Of a stretch of 64,000 nt of DNA, positions 38,555-52,831 are shown piece after piece; the stretch's first letter is position 1; each line of letters starts with the position of its first letter. The stretch lies in NCBI GenBank assembly GCA_964016885.1, contig OZ024748.1, forward strand, positions 14,260,001 to 14,324,000, given 5' to 3'. This stretch comes from Eledone cirrhosa (taxonomy: Eukaryota). The translations under genes and the position numbers were made by a program. The notes beneath the pieces were generated by a model. That model was not told the origin of the DNA and did not search any database. It saw only the letters and a list, made by a program, of their open reading frames with translations.

Positions 38555-39394
38555 TGAAGTTTTGTTTACATGTTAGCTTTTTATTGTGTATAGACCTGTT
38601 ATGCATATTTCACAGAGGATTGGTTCAGGGTCACTCATAGAAGTTCTGGACTCGACTCCATTATCGATCTGCCTTTGTCTTGTAGTAAATTCAATGGTGT
38701 TGCTATATTTTCAACATCATCATCATTATTATTTTTATTACTAATATTACTATTATTATTATCATTAATATTATTATATACATAAATGATGAAAATATTT
38801 TAAAAGATAGATATTAATATTATGTTTGAATTAACTTAAATTAAAATGTATCAGAACAAAAGAACAAATTATGTGATTTTGTTGGGGTTTTTTCCAACAC
38901 GAATAGAAAGATTTAATTTTGGAATTTAAAATGATTTTAAATAAAAATGAAATGAATAGAATGATGGTAAAAAAAGTTTTATATTGAATATATATTTAAT
39001 TCAAATAAATGTCTGTTGAAGATATAGAGTTGAATATCCTGGTTTGCAATTTAAATATCTGTTGATTTGTTTAAAATGTTTAATATGCTGTCACCTCAGG
39101 TTCTGAAAATTACCTTGTAAATTGAAATTGATACATGGAAGTCATGCAGAAGCCCCACCATATATGTGTACATGTGTGTCTATGTGTATATAACAATGAG
39201 ACTCGGCTGAAATTACATAGACTGACTAAGATACTCTCTGGAATTACCAAACAAGGTTTCTTTTTAACAATGACGTTATTTATAAGAGTTGAAATTATTG
39301 AAACAATGCAGTTATTTATAAGTGTTGAAATTAATGCAAGAATTATTTCGTAGCTCTAGCATCACTCCTTCATAGTCAGCCAATAAAAGTTTCA

Positions 39395-39675
39395 GCTCAC
39401 CCTCATTTATGTACATACATCGTCTTTCTATAGCTGAATCTGTGGCAGAAGTAGAGAATAAATTCCAGATCTGGAAAGACAATTTGGAATCAAAAGGTGA
39501 AGGTCATCATGACTGACACTAAATTCCTAGTAAGTAGAAAGGAAAATAGGACCCTGATATCTTGATATCTTCAGTGAAATTACCTTGCTCAGTAAGCAGC
39601 AAAGGCAGAGGGAGAAATTCTAGTCTATGTTCCAAATTTAAACTGTAGTTACACAAATGATGTAGCAGGATGTTA
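39395..39675 (+). mobile_element. Decayed RTE RT fragment
   Basis: IAESVAEVENKFQIWKDNLESKG, the segment that follows the YADD motif in RTE ORF2. Confidence 0.55.
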
Positions 39676-39688
39676 TGATGATGGTGTA

Positions 39689-39723
<35 letters not shown>

Positions 39724-39726
<3 letters not shown>

Positions 39727-40068
39727 TCATTTCATCATCATCATCATTTTACGTCCGCTTTTACCTGCTTGCAAGGGTGGGGCGGGAACTGATTCTGGCT
39801 TTATTTCTACAGCTGGATGCCCTTCCTAACACCAACCTCATTTACAGTGAGTGCTGGGTGCTTTTTTGCCATGGCACCTCCACAACCACTTTGCAGTGGA
39901 ATGATAGGGACCTCAGTCCCAATCATCTCATTTCTACAGCTGAGTAAACTGGAGCAATGTGAAATAAAGTGTCTTGCTCAAGGAAACAACACATCACCCG
40001 GTCTGAGAATTGAACTCACAACCTTTCGATTGCAAGGCCAATGCTCTAACCACTAAGCCATGTGCCTC
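39724..40068 (-). mobile_element. SINE family 2, full length
   Basis: Reverse-complement match to 35633-36013. Confidence 0.88.
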
Positions 40069-40324
40069 CATTATATATATATATAATGGAACAAAACCGT
40101 CTAACCCATGCTAGCATGGAATATGGACATTAAACAATGATGATGATGATGATGATATATATATATATATATATATATATGGAGAAGAAGTTTATGAAAT
40201 GGAAATGCGGGTATAAAGAATTTATTAGGTAACAATTGTTTCTATAGTGTATGGGTTACCTATAACTCGCTATTTGAATAATATAAAAATATTATCATAA
40301 ACCGAAGGTACACTGTAAGGAATA

Positions 40325-41261
40325 TCATCATCATCATCATCATCAACGTTTAACGTCCGTGTTCCACGCTTGCATGGGTTTGGACGGGGGTTTTCCCACT
40401 TGAGGCAAGAGTGATTGTCTTGCTCACATAGGACTGTCTGGCAGGTTTTCTACAGTTGGATGCCCTTCCTAACACCAACCACATTTACAGTGTGGGTCTG
40501 GGAGGTTTTTACCGTGTTGCCTACACGGCCACATTACAGCGTAGACTGTGTGTTTTTTTGTCGTGACACCTACACGATCTCATTTGTTTCGGCCTGGATG
40601 GTGTGGCACCAACATAACTTTACATAGAAGGGGGCGGTGTGGATGGGGTGGGGGTGGTGGGACGGGGGTGTATTTTGTTAGAGATGCCTACTGACTGTAG
40701 TAGGTTTTACTATGTATTTAGGTAAGGCGGGTCTTCTCTATTACTGAGTACCGCCAAAGGTCTCGGTCCAGTGACATTGTCTTGGTGAGGTGTAAGTGTG
40801 TGAGGTCGGAGTTTATCAGCTCGTCCCAGGTTTTTCTGGGTCTGCCTATTCCGTGGCTACCATCTATCTTTATTGCCCTGCACTTTGTTATACAGCTATC
40901 GTCCTTCATGCGCATCACGTGACCATACCAACGTAGCCTTCTCTCTAGTAAACAACATCTGATCCCTCTTATTTCTAATTTTTTCCTTAGTTCGTTTATG
41001 CTTTGTCGTTCACGTATATTACTATTACACATCCAGCGGAGCATGCAAGCTTCGTTTCTCTCTAGTCTGCGTATATCCTCTGCACACAATGCCCAGGTCT
41101 CACTGCCATGCAACATTGCTGTTCGCATGCAGGCATCGTACAGCCTGCCTTTCATTTTTAGGGAGAACCCTTTAGCGGCTAATAGTGGTATAAGCTCTCT
41201 GAACTTTTTCCACCCAGTTCTGACTCTAGCTACTGTACTTTCAGAGCACCCTCCCCCACTG

Positions 41262-41264
<3 letters not shown>
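40325..41264 (-). mobile_element. RTE-clade LINE, 5'-truncated, ORF end intact
   Basis: ORF 40718-41155 (LYDACMRTAMLHGSETWAL..GRPRKTW); (GAT)n tail at 40325. Confidence 0.93.
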
Positions 41265-41312
<48 letters not shown>

Positions 41313-41696
41313 TCATCATCATTGTTTAATGTCCATCTTCCATGCTAGCATGGGTTAGACGGTTTTGTTCCATTTGATGCGGGAATGGTCGGGAGACCGT
41401 GTCGTGCTTGTACGGGAGTGTCTCTAACAGGTTTTTTGTGGCTGGATGTCCTTTCTAACACCAACCACCTTTACAGTGTGGATTGGGAGCCTTTATACTA
41501 TATATGTACTATATATATGTATATATATATATGTATTTATGTGTGTATATTATATGTCTGTGTGTGTGTGTGTGCATAGATGTATATATATATGTGAGTG
41601 TTTGTGAGTATGTATATATATATAGTTCAAGGAGACAACAAACAGAGGTACAAATTCTTATAAGTTTCACATTCTATATTGGAAAGAGGAAAGAAA

Positions 41697-41732
41697 GTTC
41701 AACATGTCGGGCTTAAGTCCTTCTTCAGGAGT
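41697..41732 (-). ncRNA. Decayed minimal hammerhead motif
   Basis: actc-CTGAAGA-aggac ttaa gccc-GACATGTT-gaac. The GAAA box is eroded. Confidence 0.35.
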
Positions 41733-41890
41733 ACAAAATAAATGCAGGATCACAAAGGAGAAACAGAGAAAAAGGTTCTATATATATATAAATTCTGTGG
41801 TGCCAAGCCTGGGGAAACCCACTTTGCTTCTTCCTATGCATAGAGTAGTGCCACAATTTGCAGTCTCCCAGTCTCGACACCACAGACTTT

Positions 41891-41924
<34 letters not shown>

Positions 41925-42834
41925 CTTGTCATTCTTTTTCTTCTATTAACCCCCATACACAAGACTGCCTTAGGACAGAGTATCATCCCTCTCCATAGGG
42001 TAGAGGGATCTTCAGTCAAGTTAATGACCAACAATTTATCTACTGTTGGTTTCACAATAAAATATACCTAGCGCCTAGTTTACTCTGTAAAGTATTTGGC
42101 ATTAGGATATGCACCCAACTGCAGATAAGATACTAAGCCAAGTGTTGGGAGGACTTCTCAGTTGTGTTCAAGGAAATTCTAACCTCTCTGGTGCTGTTGA
42201 CTTAATAAAATGCATCCAGTATAAACTGAATCTGTTTGCTGTTCAAATTTTGCCTTCTTCTCTTATGAGTTGGAGTCAGCAGATAGCAATATCTCTCAAT
42301 ATGCATAGCGATTCATTGCAGTAAAAATCAGCCAGTAGAAAAAAACTCATGAAGAAGTCAATCAAGGCTTTGTTAATTCTTCACCTTCTCAAGGGATTGG
42401 ATGCAACACAATAACTATGACGACTGTATCTCCTCAAGTAGAAAAGATTAACGATTATTTCTTTGAAATTTTGTCTGAGAAGATCGATAATGTTAATATT
42501 TACATAATCTTATTTCAATGAAATTTTCTTATTTAGATAAAATTTTCTTATTTCTTTGGTAGGCAGGAGCAAATTAAATGGAAAAAGCATTTTACATTAA
42601 AATAAAATTTCAAAGTAGAGTTGACTTCCTTTAGATGTCTACTTTAGAAAGTTGTAATTCAGAATTATGCAGTTGCTGCAACTAATGCAATTGCAGCTTA
42701 TGTCACATTAATTCAGGTAAGCTGATAGCAAAATTTACAATTTAAATACATTCAACCAACATGTAGTTCAACTAACATTTGCTAATGAAGGATAAAAGAT
42801 CATGAACCACTGAGGTAGTTTGTTAAATAAATCT

Positions 42835-43270
42835 TTAGTTGTTGTTGTTGAACCTCTGCTCAACACTATTCCACCAGACTTATCAACAGTAAATATATCA
42901 TGAGATATTGTTGTCGAACCCCAGCTCAAACCTGTCCCATTAGACGTAAGATCAAATTAAATATATCCTTGGTTGTTGAGCCCTAGCTCATCAGTGTTTT
43001 ACCAGATCTATGATTAGAAGAAGGTATTCCATATATATCATTAGCAGTTGTTGTTGAGCCCTAAATCAAACCTATCTCACCAGATGTATGATCAAATTTA
43101 AATAAATCCGTATATGTTGATCCACAACCCAAACTTTTCCCAACAGACTTATGATCAAAGTTAAATGCATCTTTATTAGTTGGGCCTCAACTCAACTATG
43201 TCTCATCAGACTTATGGTCAAATTAAATAAGTGCCAGTTCCCCCATGTTCTACCAGATCTATGGTATAAA
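42835..43270. repeat. Degenerate tandem repeat, about 60-65-bp unit
   Basis: Recurrent gttgttgagccc..ccagacttatgatcaaattaaat, about 7 units. Confidence 0.75.
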
Positions 43271-46200
43271 GTATTGTATAGCTGTCAAAAGTAATCCATC
43301 TCTGGTGTATTTTATTCATGTTAAGCAATCATGTAGATTTCTTTTTTCCTCAATACATCTCTAATCTATCCCAGAGTAAATTTAAAGATATTTTAATAGT
43401 AGTTGCCATCGAATGGAAATATTATAGAGTAGAGGGTACTCTTTAAATCTTGTCAAGAACATAAAGACCTCATGCTAGTACCATGATAAAATGCATTCAG
43501 TACACTCTGTAAAGTGGTTGGTATTATAAAATGTATCGCAGTCCATTACTAGTCTAGAAGAACGGTAATCATGGATATGAACTGACTCAGACTGTAATGA
43601 CTCATCGAGTAGATGTCAAAAGATGCTGAAGAAGATGATTATAATTAAAATGATGATGATAATAGTGATGATGATGATTAAGTATTGAACATATCAGGCA
43701 AAGTCAAATGAAGTGGAATGTCTATAAAGAGGAACAATAAATTGATAAGTACTACAAGTAAATTTAATGGTAATGAAGATACTTGCTTGAAATTAGCTTT
43801 TTTCTCTATTATGCTTTTAAACTATTTGATACCAACCCAACTAAAATAACTCTCTCATACAAAAATGTTTGTTTTAATATGTGAATTTCGTTTATCTAAA
43901 GATATACAGTATGTTTAATAAATAAACATTTTGAAAGCTCAACTGATAGCCAGTGCCATCTAATAGATTCCAGCAGAAGAAGCAGAGGATAATTGTCTAT
44001 TACTGGTTCCCATCAGGACAATGCTTCCACTAGCTTACCGCTGGAATTTGGGAAAGACGAAAATATATAGTTTGTTCGCCTATGTAAGTGGGCTGATTAG
44101 CCTCATTTGCATACGAAGCTGTATAAGTTGGCTAAACTTATCTAAAACACTTCCATCATAAAGTTAAATAACAATCTTCATTATGTTCAAAGCACTAACT
44201 TAATAATGAGAAATGGATTTAGTTGTACTAAATCCATTCAAATTCTTGATTATTTCCAAATTATTTCAGAATTGTAGGGAGTATTTTTTTTTTCTGTTAG
44301 AAATATAGTCACAAAAGGGTTAAAACATATCCTGTGAATAATATTTATAAAACTACTCAATTTTGTTCATAGCTTAAACATAAATGTTGGTCGAAATTGA
44401 TTTGCTCCTAATGTGTAAAGAACATGCCAGAAAATAGTTATTAGTATATAGACCATAGACATGCAACGTGATGCATCTGCGTCTCTGCAAATATGTCCCC
44501 CTGCTGTAATCTTTTAAACTAGAATGGGGAAATTATAACATGTATAAACAGAAATACACAGAGAATTTGAAATAAATAAATGGAGCCATTGATTTTTCCT
44601 ATTTCTGATACTATCGTATACTTCTTGCTGCAATGCCTGACAGATGGAAGTGAGATCTCAACTTAGAATTCACAAAACTGGATCAGATATATGACAAAGT
44701 ATTCTGTCCTAGTTTTAAACAATTCTCCAATCAATCAATTAGGTATTGGTAATTTATTTATCACTCTTGGATGGATGTAAGGCAAAGTTGAACTTGGCTG
44801 AAAAAACTGGACATAAGACGAATATGATGTTCTGTGCAAAGGAGAAGATTGTGCAGGGATGAACAAGTGATAGGTATGGATGTTGACTAATGCATGATAA
44901 GGGGCAGGATTTCCGAGTTGAAGGTAACTGTGGAAGAGAAAGACTGAGGGAAAACATGGTCTAACTCAATGAGGTGTGCAACATCCTCCCAAATAAACTA
45001 AGTTCAACTTATTGCTAACAAACCTAGATTTTGCTTCTTGTTGCTTGGACCATACTAAAAAAATGATTATGCTTGCATTTCTCCATACCAAATCTTGTGA
45101 TATATCATGACACCATTCAACCTTCTCCACCACAATGAACTCATCCAGCAAGCTGTTATGCAGCAAAGATATTTAGCAACAAATGTATTGATTGCAGAAA
45201 ATTATTATATATTGTCAAACAAGGGTTGGGAGGACCTTACAGATGTGTCAGGGACATGATGGCCTCCCTAGTGTTGGTGATCAACATCATAAATACACCA
45301 AGTACCCACTGTGAAGTCGTAGGTGATATGAAGGGCACTCAGCCATAAAAAGATTGCCAAACAAAGGGTTGAGAGAACCCTTAAGTTGTCTCAAAGACAT
45401 GACAACCTCTACTGTGCACTCAGTAGAATATGAGTTGATACATAAACAAGATACAGATCCCTGACATGTTAGGGAGATCAATAGCCCAGCTTCAGTACCA
45501 ACTTGATCTATGTAGACCCGTCCAACCATTGCTCACATGAAAAGCTGATGTTAAAATGATGATGATGATGATTATACAAATTTGTATTAAACTGCAATCC
45601 TTTAATGGCAACCTATCAGGCCTCAACAACACCTGGCTACATGTTAAAGATGTTTAGAGAGTTATTTATTGTCACAAGAAATTTCAGTCCAATCCAGAGA
45701 CTTTTCACTCCTGATGAAGGTACTCCTTCCTGATTGACTTCCACCACATTGTGTTTGGTTTCGGTCATGTCAGGGGTTTAGCAGTTCTTACTCTGCTTGG
45801 TTAATCGTGGATTGATGCAGCTATTTAACCCATAGTTGCTGTGGATAGCTTTTAACTCTGAGAAGTTCATTCATCCTTTTAACTGCTCTTGTTTTTTGTG
45901 CTGCTTGAGTTCCATTTACCCTCCTCGCCAAATCAGGGTCTGGTGGGAGACACGGTTTAGTCACTGATCATTCAACCATGAAGCAAGTTGTACTGGGTTA
46001 CATGGTTCCAGTGGCAGGCAGAAGCCTGACAAATTAATATACATTCAATATTAATATACAAATTTGTACAAAACTCTGACATTTAGAGGTTCTTTAATGC
46101 ACCTCTCAGAGGTATCTGTACTTGGTGGCTTCCAAGTTGGCTTTAATGATAACCTCAGTCCTGCTGGTAAGAATATTTAAATCAATGTTAAAATAAAGAA

Positions 46201-46545
46201 TTAATGTTAGAAAAATAAAAAGACAACTTTCAAAAGATATTTTTATGTGAAATTCTTTAAGAAATTTGTGTTCTGTATTTCAGCTTTTTAAATTTAATGC
46301 TGTATCTAAGCAACTCCATACGTATTTTATAAAACAACCTATATTTATCTAAAGAAGAATTATTTTATGTCTTTTGTCGAGCATTATTTTATTCTCATTT
46401 GTGATAATGCTACAGAAGTTCTAATTTAAAAATTAAATTTTATGATTTTGAATCTTTCCTAAAAGCTTTTTATTCACTTCAGTTCCTGTGAAGAATAAAA
46501 CAAAAGGTGGAGGATAAAACTCATTGTGTTGTACACCTCCATTGC

Positions 46546-46591
<46 letters not shown>

Positions 46592-46809
46592 GCAATGGAA
46601 GTAACTTTATATACATCTATATCTATATAAATCAATGGAAGTAACTTCAAATGCATGCATATATATATATGTATGTGTAAGTATATTATATATATGTGTG
46701 TGTATATGTGTGTGAACCTAATACTAACACTTTGTACTGCCTCTTCGCTTTGTTTTTGTTTTTTTGTTTTCTGTTTTAACTATAATATATATATATATAC
46801 ACGTGTATA

Positions 46810-46844
<35 letters not shown>

Positions 46845-47064
46845 GCAAGAAGTAAGATGGAAAAGCAGATTTAAAACAATTTTAATACCTTACACATGTT
46901 TCAAGAGTAATGCTAAAAGTGTTTGGTAATTATAATATCTCATATAATTCTCCACATACATATTGAGTGAGATATCATTTTACTCTTGCTATACATATGT
47001 GTGTGTTTATATGTGTGCATATATATATATGTATATATATATGTGTGTGTATATGTGTGTGTGA

Positions 47065-47215
47065 ATATTTATTAAAATAAGAAATTAAGGTTTAAGCAAA
47101 GAATCGCTGCTTTCACCCTTAACAGGATCTTCTGAAACTTTATTTTTATATATATATTATCCTTATCGAGCTCTCTTCGGATTTTAGTCTTTACATTTAT
47201 TATTATTACTATTAT
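47065..47215. mobile_element. Deleted derivative of the 14299-15720 element (variant HHR arm joined to tail)
   Basis: 47065-47139 matches 14299-14371; 47155-47215 matches 15673-15720. Confidence 0.75.
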
Positions 47216-47322
47216 TACTATTATTACTATTATTACTATATATGTGTGTATATATATATATGTATCTATATATGTGTGCATTTATATATGGCCTCAGCAG
47301 GGTGGCTCAAACAGGTAAAAGA

Positions 47323-47367
<45 letters not shown>

Positions 47368-47370
<3 letters not shown>

Positions 47371-47668
47371 GAGTCAGAGAAGATTATGAATGTGAGCCCT
47401 AGCTGCTAGGGCTGGTTGAGGACTTCCTGTATATGGGAGCAAAGGTTAGGAACACAGAGAAAGATGTAGTGGAGAGGAAGATTAAAGCCTGTGCAGCATG
47501 TCACAGTTTGAGGCCAGTTTGGAAGTCAGACCTTCATACGGTCCTGAAGACCTGTCCCTTTGTGCTGCTGTACAGGTCTGAGACTTGGACACTAACAAAG
47601 AGACTCACTCAGATGGTTGATGGCTGCTATACGAGCCTACTGAAGATGACTCTGAACATTAATCAGTA

Positions 47669-47670
<2 letters not shown>
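47368..47670 (+). mobile_element. RTE-like LINE fragment
   Basis: VLLYRSETWTLTKRLTQMVDGCYTSLLKMTLNI. Confidence 0.7.
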
Positions 47671-47744
<74 letters not shown>

Positions 47745-48471
47745 AATACAAGGACAATTTATTAAGCCTTCAATATGTTTATTAATTGGTGACATGCATT
47801 TCGCTATTGATCAGCTGAAGGGTCAATCTGTATTGATCTGGCCCAACTCTGGAATCTATAGCTCGTCGGACCTCTCAATATATATATATGTATGTATGTG
47901 TGAATCACTCATTCACTCATTATGTTCATTTGTCATCTCGTTTCTGATGTTCAGGGTTTCAGAGATCAACTCTCACTCCTTATGCTCAGTTTTAAAATGC
48001 TTCATTTTAGTGTTAGTCCTAATTTTTGGGGAGTGTTGGGTTACAATTTTCAGCATCAGACGACAAATACAAATTTTGTGCCTCCCACCTTTATTAAAAG
48101 ACGTAATACACCAGAAGAATTTTACAACCTGGGTGTGAAAGAAAGAGACAAAGACAGATTTGGACCCTCTACCTTAAAACTTTTGATACCAAAGAACCTG
48201 CTTTTTCAGAGTTAAAACTGGTAGTTTATCTGAAACGCTTCCAATATAATGCACTACTTATATAGTAGATCCACAAACTTCTAATTCAGACACCAGCCTT
48301 ATTTCAATACCATTTAAGACCTTGATATAAAAGTACCTATATATGTTGATGATTTGAAGGAGGCCTAATTTCACATTTTCTGGAGGTTGGGAAAACTCAG
48401 AATAAAAGTGGCAATGGCTAAAGGTTAATAGTGGTAGGATGATAGTAGCAGAGGTTAAAATAATATGTAAA

Positions 48472-48660
48472 TAATTGTTTCTACGTTTGGCACAAGGCCA
48501 GCAATTACCACAGTGCATTACTGGTACTTTATTTTATCGACCCCGTAAGGATGAAAGGTAAAGTTAACCTCGGCAGGTTTGAACTCAAACCGTAAAGGGC
48601 CGTAACTCTATGCTGCAAAGCACGGTGTTCGACCCTCTACTGATACTGCAATCCACCATA
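48472..48660 (-). mobile_element. SINE family 1
   Basis: Reverse complement of the consensus. Confidence 0.9.
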
Positions 48661-48784
48661 TGAAATCTACAATTTCATATGGAACAATATATTAAGTGTT
48701 TTAAAGCTTTTCTGATCCTTCAAATAAATATTATCCAACTGCACATGTTCATAATCGCACTTCGTAAAATGTAAACACCCTGTG

Positions 48785-48827
<43 letters not shown>

Positions 48828-49238
48828 GTATGTATGTACATACACACACATACTTACTGACTGAGGCATGCTGTCAGTTATGATTTTGAGTGTTCCAGTT
48901 GATCCATTCAACGGACCAGCCTGCTCGTGAATTTAACGTACAAGTGACTGAGCAATCCACAATCATATGTACCCCTAATGTAGTTCTCTGGCAAATTCAG
49001 CATGACACTGACCGTGACAAGGCAGACCCTTCGTATTTCAGGTACAACTCAGTTTTGCCAGCTGAGTTGACTTGAGCAACATGAAATAAAGCGGCCTGTT
49101 CAAGGACACAGCATGCCACCAAGAACCAAACTCAGAACCTTACAATTGTAAGCCGAATGCCTTATGAACAAAGCCGACGTGCCTTCACAACACATACATA
49201 CACACACACACATACACACCACACACACATCATCATCA

Positions 49239-49287
<49 letters not shown>

Positions 49288-49394
49288 CACTTCTGTACAA
49301 GCGAGACATGGTCTCCCAACCTATCCTGCATCAAATGGAACAAAACTGTCTAACCCATGCTGGCATGGAAGATGGACATTAAACGATGATGATG

Positions 49395-49428
<34 letters not shown>

Positions 49429-50430
49429 TCAAAATACTATACAGAGTAATCCCATTTTAACTTTAGACAAACAATTGGATTATGAAAATCTGGGAAGATT
49501 CTGTATCGTCTATGTTTCCATGGAAACACTAGACTTGTTGCTCGAGTGAAAAACACAAACAAAAATTAAAAAAAACAGAATATTTGAGTCGTTGTTTCAT
49601 TGTTTATTTTATTAAAATTGACGTCAAAACATGAACACACATGTTTAAATTAAACTGGAACAATCTTCATTTCATTTCATTTTTTTAAAGTTCATTTTAA
49701 TTATTTTTTTAATATATTTTTTATACATCATATTTCAGAGACTTTCAGGAGGTGGGAAAGGAGTGGGGAAGGGGGAAAAAAATGAACTCTTATTTTTTTT
49801 TTCAGAGAGTAGAAAAATGGTAACATCGACCAATTGGTCATATTTATTTATTTATTTATTTATTATTTTTTTGTTTTAATGTAACAATGAAAACATTTTA
49901 AAAAAAATTCATTTTTTTTTTTAAAGTTTTCCATCAGATATAACCAGTGGTTTAAACTAAGAACCAATTTAATTCTTTGGGTACAGAAGACAAATTATAT
50001 AACAAATAGTGGAGTCTAACCGTATTTTTTTTATTTAAATAATTTTTTTTCGTCACTGTTTTTTTTTTTGTTTTTAAATTCATTTAAAATTTATTTTTAA
50101 TTTTAAGTTTTCATTTTTTTCCATTTTTAAATTTGTTCAATTTTTTATTTTTTGTTTTTTGAAATGAGATTTTTTTTTTGATTTTTTGTATTTTTCATTA
50201 TTTTTGTTCAAGTTAAGAAAGAAACAAAATTATTTTGTTTTGTATTTCGTAATTAACAAATATTATTTATTATTGTCATCATTATTATTATTATTATTAT
50301 TTGTTATTATTATTATTATCTATGTAAATATTTACCTAGTATTGTTTTCTAAACCAAAACATGAATGCGTTGAAGTGAAAACAAAACAAAACAGGTCACA
50401 ATCATAAGAGATATGGGAACAATTCAAAAC

Positions 50431-50461
<31 letters not shown>

Positions 50462-50787
50462 TTTTGCTGTATTTTATTTATTTATTTTTGTTTGTCATTT
50501 GTGTACTTATAATCCATGCATGGGTTTCGTAGAATTTAAATTTGACAGATTCTTGTAAATGCCACAGTCTTTAAGATACAGGGTAATGTCTGATGATTGC
50601 CTGTAAAGTTATTGAGTTATCAATAGATATATGCATAAAATGATATATGTTGGGTATAGATATAAATATATATATATGTATATATATATACATACATGGA
50701 ACAAAAGCACCAAATTTTGATTCCTTTTACAATCTGGAGATATGTTCAATATTGGACCGTAAATCCTTAGGTAGTGTTTTTATTCCG

Positions 50788-50950
50788 TGTATATATATAC
50801 GTAAATATATATATATATATATATATACATATATATAAATATATACGTAAATATATATATATACATAAATATATATATACATATAAATATATATATATAT
50901 ATATATAAATATATACGTAAATATATATATATACATAAATATATATATAC

Positions 50951-50987
<37 letters not shown>

Positions 50988-51390
50988 TATATGTACTTAC
51001 ATATATATACATACATATACATATATATAGTTATATGTACTTATATATACATACATATACATATATATAGTTATATGTACTTATATATACATACATATAC
51101 ATATATATATATAGGTATATATACTTATATATATATATTCATATATATACATACATATACATATATATATACATACATATACATATATATATACATATAT
51201 ATACATACATATACATATATATATATATATACATATATATACATATATACATATGTATACATACATATACATACCTATATATATACACATATATATATAT
51301 ACATTTACATACAAATACATATATATATATATACATACATATACATACAAATACATAAATATACATTTATATATACATATATATATATAC

Positions 51391-51430
<40 letters not shown>

Positions 51431-51654
51431 CTATATACATATATATATATATACATCTATATACATATATATATATATATACATCTATATACAGCTATAT
51501 ACATATATATATATATGTACATCTCTATACATATATATATATATATATACATATATATACATATATATACATATATATATATGTATATGTATATATATGT
51601 ATATATATAAATGTATATATATGTATATGTATATAGATGTATACATATATATAA

Positions 51655-51690
<36 letters not shown>

Positions 51691-51744
51691 ATATATACAC
51701 ATATATATATGTATATAGATGTATACAGATGTATACATATATAT

Positions 51745-51787
<43 letters not shown>

Positions 51788-51806
51788 CACATATAAATAT
51801 ATATGC

Positions 51807-51837
<31 letters not shown>

Positions 51838-51915
51838 AATATTTATATATATATATATGTACATATATATATGCACATATATATATGTATATATATGTAT
51901 ATATATATATATGTG

Positions 51916-51946
<31 letters not shown>

Positions 51947-52059
51947 ATAAGTATGTATATGTATATATTCATTTATGTATATGTGTGTATATATATATGT
52001 ATATATATATGTATAAATATATATGTATGTATATATATATATGTATATATATATGTATA

Positions 52060-52095
<36 letters not shown>

Positions 52096-52452
52096 ATTAT
52101 ATATATGTATATATATATATATGTATATATATTTAAATATATATATGCATATATATATATATGTGTATATATATATGCATATATATATATACATATATAT
52201 ACAAACATATATATATATATATGCATATATATATACACACATATATATATATGCATATATATATTTACATATATATACATATATATATATATATACATAT
52301 ATATAATTATACATATATATACATATGTATACATATATATATATATACATACATATATATTTATACATATATATATACATATATATATACACACATATAC
52401 ATAAATGAATATATACATATACATACTTATATATATACATATATATATATAT

Positions 52453-52483
<31 letters not shown>

Positions 52484-52793
52484 CATATATATACATATAT
52501 ATATGTGCATATATATATGTACATATATATATATAAATATTTATATATACATATTATAAAGATTTATATATACATATATATATATAAATATTTATATATA
52601 TATTTATATATATAATTATATACATATATATATATATATAAATATTTATACATATATATATATATATATAAATATTTATATATACATATATATATATACA
52701 CACATATATATATATATTTATATACACACACACATATATATATATATATAAATATTTATATATACATATATATATATAAATATTTATATATAC

Positions 52794-52831
<38 letters not shown>

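Noticed and set aside
42648-42716. Possible phase 0-0 exon KVVIQNYAVAATNAIAAYVTLIQ ending CAG|gtaagc
   Set aside because: Good donor but weak acceptor, and the phase is incompatible with the other candidate exons; unsupported without RNA data.
45705-45780. CTGATGA-aggtactcctt
   Set aside because: No downstream GAAA on the same strand; it lies within a LINE-UTR-like repeat.
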